Shown in pieces: positions 53,329 to 56,419 of a DNA stretch of 56,419 nucleotides. The notes beneath the pieces are model-generated. The model was not told where the DNA came from, searched no databases, and saw only the letters and a list, made by a program, of their open reading frames with translations. This DNA is from an uncultured Candidatus Sumerlaeota bacterium. GTDB taxonomy: Bacteria > Sumerlaeota > Sumerlaeia > SLMS01. A program made the position numbers and the translations under genes. Location of the stretch: positions 1-56,419 of the forward strand of contig CAYQTO010000007.1 of the NCBI GenBank assembly GCA_964420455.1. Direction: 5' to 3'. How positions within the stretch are numbered: position 1 is the stretch's first letter; each line of letters begins with the position of its first letter.

Positions 53329-54567
53329 GTGCCGGAGATCCTGACACGCGTTGTTCTTCTTGGGGCGGCGGCCTGCCTGCTGCTGTGGGCTTTTGCCTTC
53401 CATTCGGATGTTTCGCGGGAGTCCCGCTGGCAGGCGAGACTCGCGGAGCGGGGACCGGCGGCGGTGGCCGAAGCGGATCCGGAGGGCCTCCCGGGGCGAC
53501 TGTATGTACGCCTGCGGATGGCGGAGTTTGCCGTCCGCGAGGTGTTTCCGCCCAACCGGACGGCGGCGCTGGCGGTGCTCGAGCCGGGGCTTCGCTTCCT
53601 CCCCTTCGACGCGCGCCTCTGGACAATGACGGCGCGGCTCCGGCTGGCCTCCGGTGAGGATGAAGGTGCCCGCGCGGCCCTCGCCTTCGCCTCCGGACTC
53701 AACCCGCGCTTCCCCGCCGGACGACTGAACATGATTCCGCTTTGGCGGCTGCTCGGCGAGGAGGAGCGGGCGCTCCGCCTCGCCCAGGATGTGGCAGCGC
53801 TCGATGATCGCGGGCGGACGGAGGCGGCGCTGGCCCTCGCAAGCAGCGGCTTCGACGACCCCGAGATATACAGACTGTTGGGTGGCGAGGACTGGCCCGC
53901 GGCGACTGTCTCTCGGTTTCTCCGCACCATGCCGGTGGCGGATGGCGGCAAAAGGCTCCTTCTTGCGCGGGCGATCGAGCCACGGCTCGGGGACGAGCCC
54001 ACCCTCAGGCCGGTGCTCGTCGATTACTTGCTCGAGGGGGATCAGGTGGCGGAGGCGCTGCGGCTTTGGGCCGGGTCCAGAGATCCGGTTGCCTTCCACG
54101 CCGGCCCCGGATGGCCCCGGGAAAACCCACTGGGGCGCGAGACCGGGTCGCTTGGCTTTCAGAACCCGGTGCAGCGACCGGGCGTCCACGTCATCTGGCG
54201 TGATGGGGCGGCGGAGATGCGATTCCGGCCTATGTTGATGAGTAGCCCCACCTGGCATCGTTGGCGGTTGTATCGGCTGCCGGCGCTGCCGGAGGCGGGT
54301 GGGGTGCGCGTGGAGATGGAGGTGTCGACCGACCGGCCCCGGTCGTCCCGCGTCGCGCTTGTGGTGCGTGGGCGCGATCGCGAGTTCCCAAGCGAGGAGT
54401 ATGACCGGGAGAAGGGGGGACGGCAGCTGCTGGCGGTCGACGTACCACAAGTGGAATCGCCCCAGGTGCTCGATGTGATCCTCCTGCGCGAGCCGGTCCG
54501 CGACGAAGCGGCGGGGGCGATCGCCGTGACGGTGCACGACCTGAGGATGGAGGCGCCGGGGACATGA
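53329..54567 (+). CDS. membrane-anchored hypothetical protein with helical repeats
   Basis: 412 aa with an N-terminal TM helix and Ala/Leu/Arg-rich TPR-like helices. Overlaps the next gene by 4 nt. Confidence 0.4.
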   Translation: MPEILTRVVLLGAAACLLLWAFAFHSDVSRESRWQARLAERGPAAVAEADPEGLPGRLYVRLRMAEFAVREVFPPNRTAALAVLEPGLRFLPFDARLWTMTARLRLASGEDEGARAALAFASGLNPRFPAGRLNMIPLWRLLGEEERALRLAQDVAALDDRGRTEAALALASSGFDDPEIYRLLGGEDWPAATVSRFLRTMPVADGGKRLLLARAIEPRLGDEPTLRPVLVDYLLEGDQVAEALRLWAGSRDPVAFHAGPGWPRENPLGRETGSLGFQNPVQRPGVHVIWRDGAAEMRFRPMLMSSPTWHRWRLYRLPALPEAGGVRVEMEVSTDRPRSSRVALVVRGRDREFPSEEYDREKGGRQLLAVDVPQVESPQVLDVILLREPVRDEAAGAIAVTVHDLRMEAPGT

Positions 54568-55949
54568 TTGCGCGGGGGGGATTCGTCCGTGCGGCGCGCC
54601 TCGCGGTGGGGGGGCTGCTGGCGTTGGTCTTTCTTGGCGGAATGGTGACCCGGGGGTACGCGGGGGCGGCGACGGATCAGTTGTGGGCGGCGATGGCGGT
54701 GGTGCTGGCGGGGGGCGTGTCACTTGTCGTGTGGGCCACCATGCCGGAGGCACGTCCCGCCCGCCGGGCGCCGCGGGTGTTTCTTGCGACTCTTGGAGCC
54801 ATCACGGCCTGGGCTTTCGCCGCCTTGGCGTGGTTACCGACGGGGTTGGTGGAGTCGCTGACGCCGTGGGGCAAGGCGCTGGAGGCGGCGCGGGGATCGG
54901 GATTTGCCGTCCCCGAATGGCTGCCGATCAGCACGGCACCGGAGCGCACCTGGCTGGCGGCGAGCCAATGGGCGGTCGCCTTCGGCTTCGCGGCGGGGGC
55001 GGTGTTCGCGGCGGAGGAGCGTGTCGTCGCCCGATGGTTGGTGGGTCTTGTCGCCGGGTTGACGGTGGTGGAGGGAGTCCTGGGACTGCTGGCCTTTGGG
55101 CTCGGCGGCGCCCCCCGGGCGAGCGGGGTCCTTTATAATCCGAATCACCACGCGGCGGCGGTCGTGATGGGGTTTCCGTTGGTGGCAGCGTTGGGGCTAA
55201 GACTTCACCGGCCGTCGGCGGGCCGTTCGGCGGCTGGACGGGACCGCGAGCGGCTCGTGGCGTTGGTGCTGACGGCGGTGCTGATGGGGTGGGTGGCGTC
55301 GTTCTCGCGTGCGTCGCTGGCCACCGGCTTGCCCGTGCTCCTGCTTTGGATGGCTTGGGAGGCGCGGGTGGCGGCGAGGCGCGGCCGGGGGCGGTTGCCC
55401 ATGAGGACGGTGGGAGCGGTTCCCTTGGTCGTGTTGGCGGTGGTTGGGGCGGAAGGGTGGCGGGCGCGGTCGCAGATCGAGGGGGACCTGCCCGGGCGGA
55501 CGGCGATCTGGGCGGCAACATGGTACGGCTTTCTCGAGGCGCCGCTCACCGGCCTCGGCGCGGGAGGAGCGGAGTACGCCATCAATCGCCACACCACGGG
55601 CATCGCCCTGCGCTCCGTCCCGATCTATACACACAATGACTGGCTCCAGTTTCTGGCGGATCAGGGAATCGTGGGGGCGCTGCTGCTGGTCGCCGGGGCT
55701 GGGGCGACGGTCGGGGTGTGGTGGCGGGAATCCGGGGGTGCGGCGCACCTGGCGGTGAGGAGGGCGGCGGCGCTCGAACGGGCCGCCGCCGCCGGACTGG
55801 TTGCCGCCGCCCTCCATGCCTTCTTCGAATTCCACCTGCGGATCCCCCTGGTGGCCTTCGAGGCGTTGACGCTTATCGCCTTGCTTTCCACCGGGGCGCT
55901 TCCCACGTTGGCACTTCGACCCCCGGAGAGCGCCCGCGAACAAAGTTGA
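54564..55949 (+). CDS. O-antigen ligase/polymerase-like (Wzy_C) membrane protein
   Basis: 461 aa, ~10 TM helices. IYTHNDWLQFLADQGIVGALLL is the O-antigen ligase-domain motif. Confidence 0.65.
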   Translation: MIARGGFVRAARLAVGGLLALVFLGGMVTRGYAGAATDQLWAAMAVVLAGGVSLVVWATMPEARPARRAPRVFLATLGAITAWAFAALAWLPTGLVESLTPWGKALEAARGSGFAVPEWLPISTAPERTWLAASQWAVAFGFAAGAVFAAEERVVARWLVGLVAGLTVVEGVLGLLAFGLGGAPRASGVLYNPNHHAAAVVMGFPLVAALGLRLHRPSAGRSAAGRDRERLVALVLTAVLMGWVASFSRASLATGLPVLLLWMAWEARVAARRGRGRLPMRTVGAVPLVVLAVVGAEGWRARSQIEGDLPGRTAIWAATWYGFLEAPLTGLGAGGAEYAINRHTTGIALRSVPIYTHNDWLQFLADQGIVGALLLVAGAGATVGVWWRESGGAAHLAVRRAAALERAAAAGLVAAALHAFFEFHLRIPLVAFEALTLIALLSTGALPTLALRPPESAREQS

Positions 55950-56419
55950 TGTCCGAGAGAACTCCCTCTTTCCCGGCGATTGCCCGCGAGGCCCAAGGCC
56001 CCTCCGGCCTCCGTCACGTCCTCCGACCCCTCAAGGACGATCGGCCCGACGATGGGTTGATTGTCCGCATCCTTTGGAACCGGCGATACCTGATCGGGTT
56101 CTGCGTGATGGCGATGGGGCTGCTGGCGCTGGTGCACCTGCGCTATGCCGAGCGGCTATACACGTCGACGGCGCTCCTGAAATACGAGCCGGGTGGGCGC
56201 GAGATCGTCGACTTTGGTGGCGAGCGGTCGACGATCCTCTACCAGCGCGACGAAATCAAGACGGCGGTGGAATTGATCGAAAGCCCGCGCATGGCCCTGG
56301 CAGTGCTGGACGCGTTGGGGGTGGAGGAGCCGGAGGAGGCGCCAGCGCCGGCGAGTCCCCTTTCCCGGGCCCTGGCGACGGTCCGGCCCGACGTCGAGGA
56401 GCTCCAGTCACGCATCGCG
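55949..56419 (+). CDS. Wzz/GumC-like polysaccharide chain-length determinant, 5-prime partial (runs off the window)
   Basis: ATG 55949 overlaps the upstream TGA. RILWNRRYLIGFCVMAMGLLALVHLRYAERLYTSTALLKYEP is a typical Wzz N-terminus with a TM helix. Not in the ORF track because no stop is reached. Confidence 0.55.
   Translation, partial: MSERTPSFPAIAREAQGPSGLRHVLRPLKDDRPDDGLIVRILWNRRYLIGFCVMAMGLLALVHLRYAERLYTSTALLKYEPGGREIVDFGGERSTILYQRDEIKTAVELIESPRMALAVLDALGVEEPEEAPAPASPLSRALATVRPDVEELQSRIA

Noticed and set aside
1-56419. Search for tRNA, rRNA, tmRNA/RNase P-like structured RNAs, transposases, integrases and phage genes
   Set aside because: No intergenic stretch shows a tRNA-like T-arm (GGTTCGAATCC-type) or rRNA-like sequence. 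No ORF shows DDE, tyrosine- or serine-recombinase, or phage structural motifs. A covariance-model scan was not possible here, so absence of small RNAs is provisional.

Overview
This is a high-GC bacterial chromosomal segment, roughly two-thirds G+C by hand counts of sample lines, and it is densely coding. I support about 54 CDS. I found no rRNA, tRNA, CRISPR array, transposase or integrase. Many gene pairs are translationally coupled through 4-nt ATGA/GTGA/TTGA start-stop overlaps.

Gene content:
- Housekeeping: moeA, mfd, hisS, aroB, acpP-fabF.
- Transport: a FecCD/BtuCDF-type ABC importer, and a TroA/ZnuA-type metal importer whose two permeases both end in DtxR-like domains.
- Lipid and cofactor metabolism: btaA-btaB betaine-lipid genes, and a corrinoid protein with a URO-D-family methyltransferase.
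- Envelope and polysaccharide: GT-C, GT2 and GT4 enzymes, an O-antigen-ligase-like protein, Wzz-like, glycoside hydrolases, M14/M15 peptidases and lipoproteins.

The permease-DtxR fusions recall chlamydial YtgCR. Together with the envelope gene set they suggest a PVC-group, Verrucomicrobiota-like organism, but that is inference only.

Most notable observations:
1. The A/T-rich octamer GTCTATAC occurs 16 times exactly, against fewer than 1 expected. It is imposed on coding sequence as in-frame Val-Tyr-Thr, or through rare AGA/ATA codons, and it occurs in patches.
2. A ~2 kb low-GC islet at 1848-3830 carries a NERD-nuclease/Zn-finger gene and a SIR2-superfamily (DUF4917-like) gene. It sits exactly between two native convergent genes and next to an MntA/HepT toxin-antitoxin pair, making it a candidate defence locus.
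3. There are two tandem permease-DtxR fusions, plus a divergent ATPase-less ABC-2 / His-rich lipoprotein operon. The two share an AT-rich palindrome.
4. A corrinoid methyl-transfer pair is transcribed divergently from btaAB.
5. A split RdgC-like pair is present.

Functional calls come from motif recognition by eye, not from database searches.
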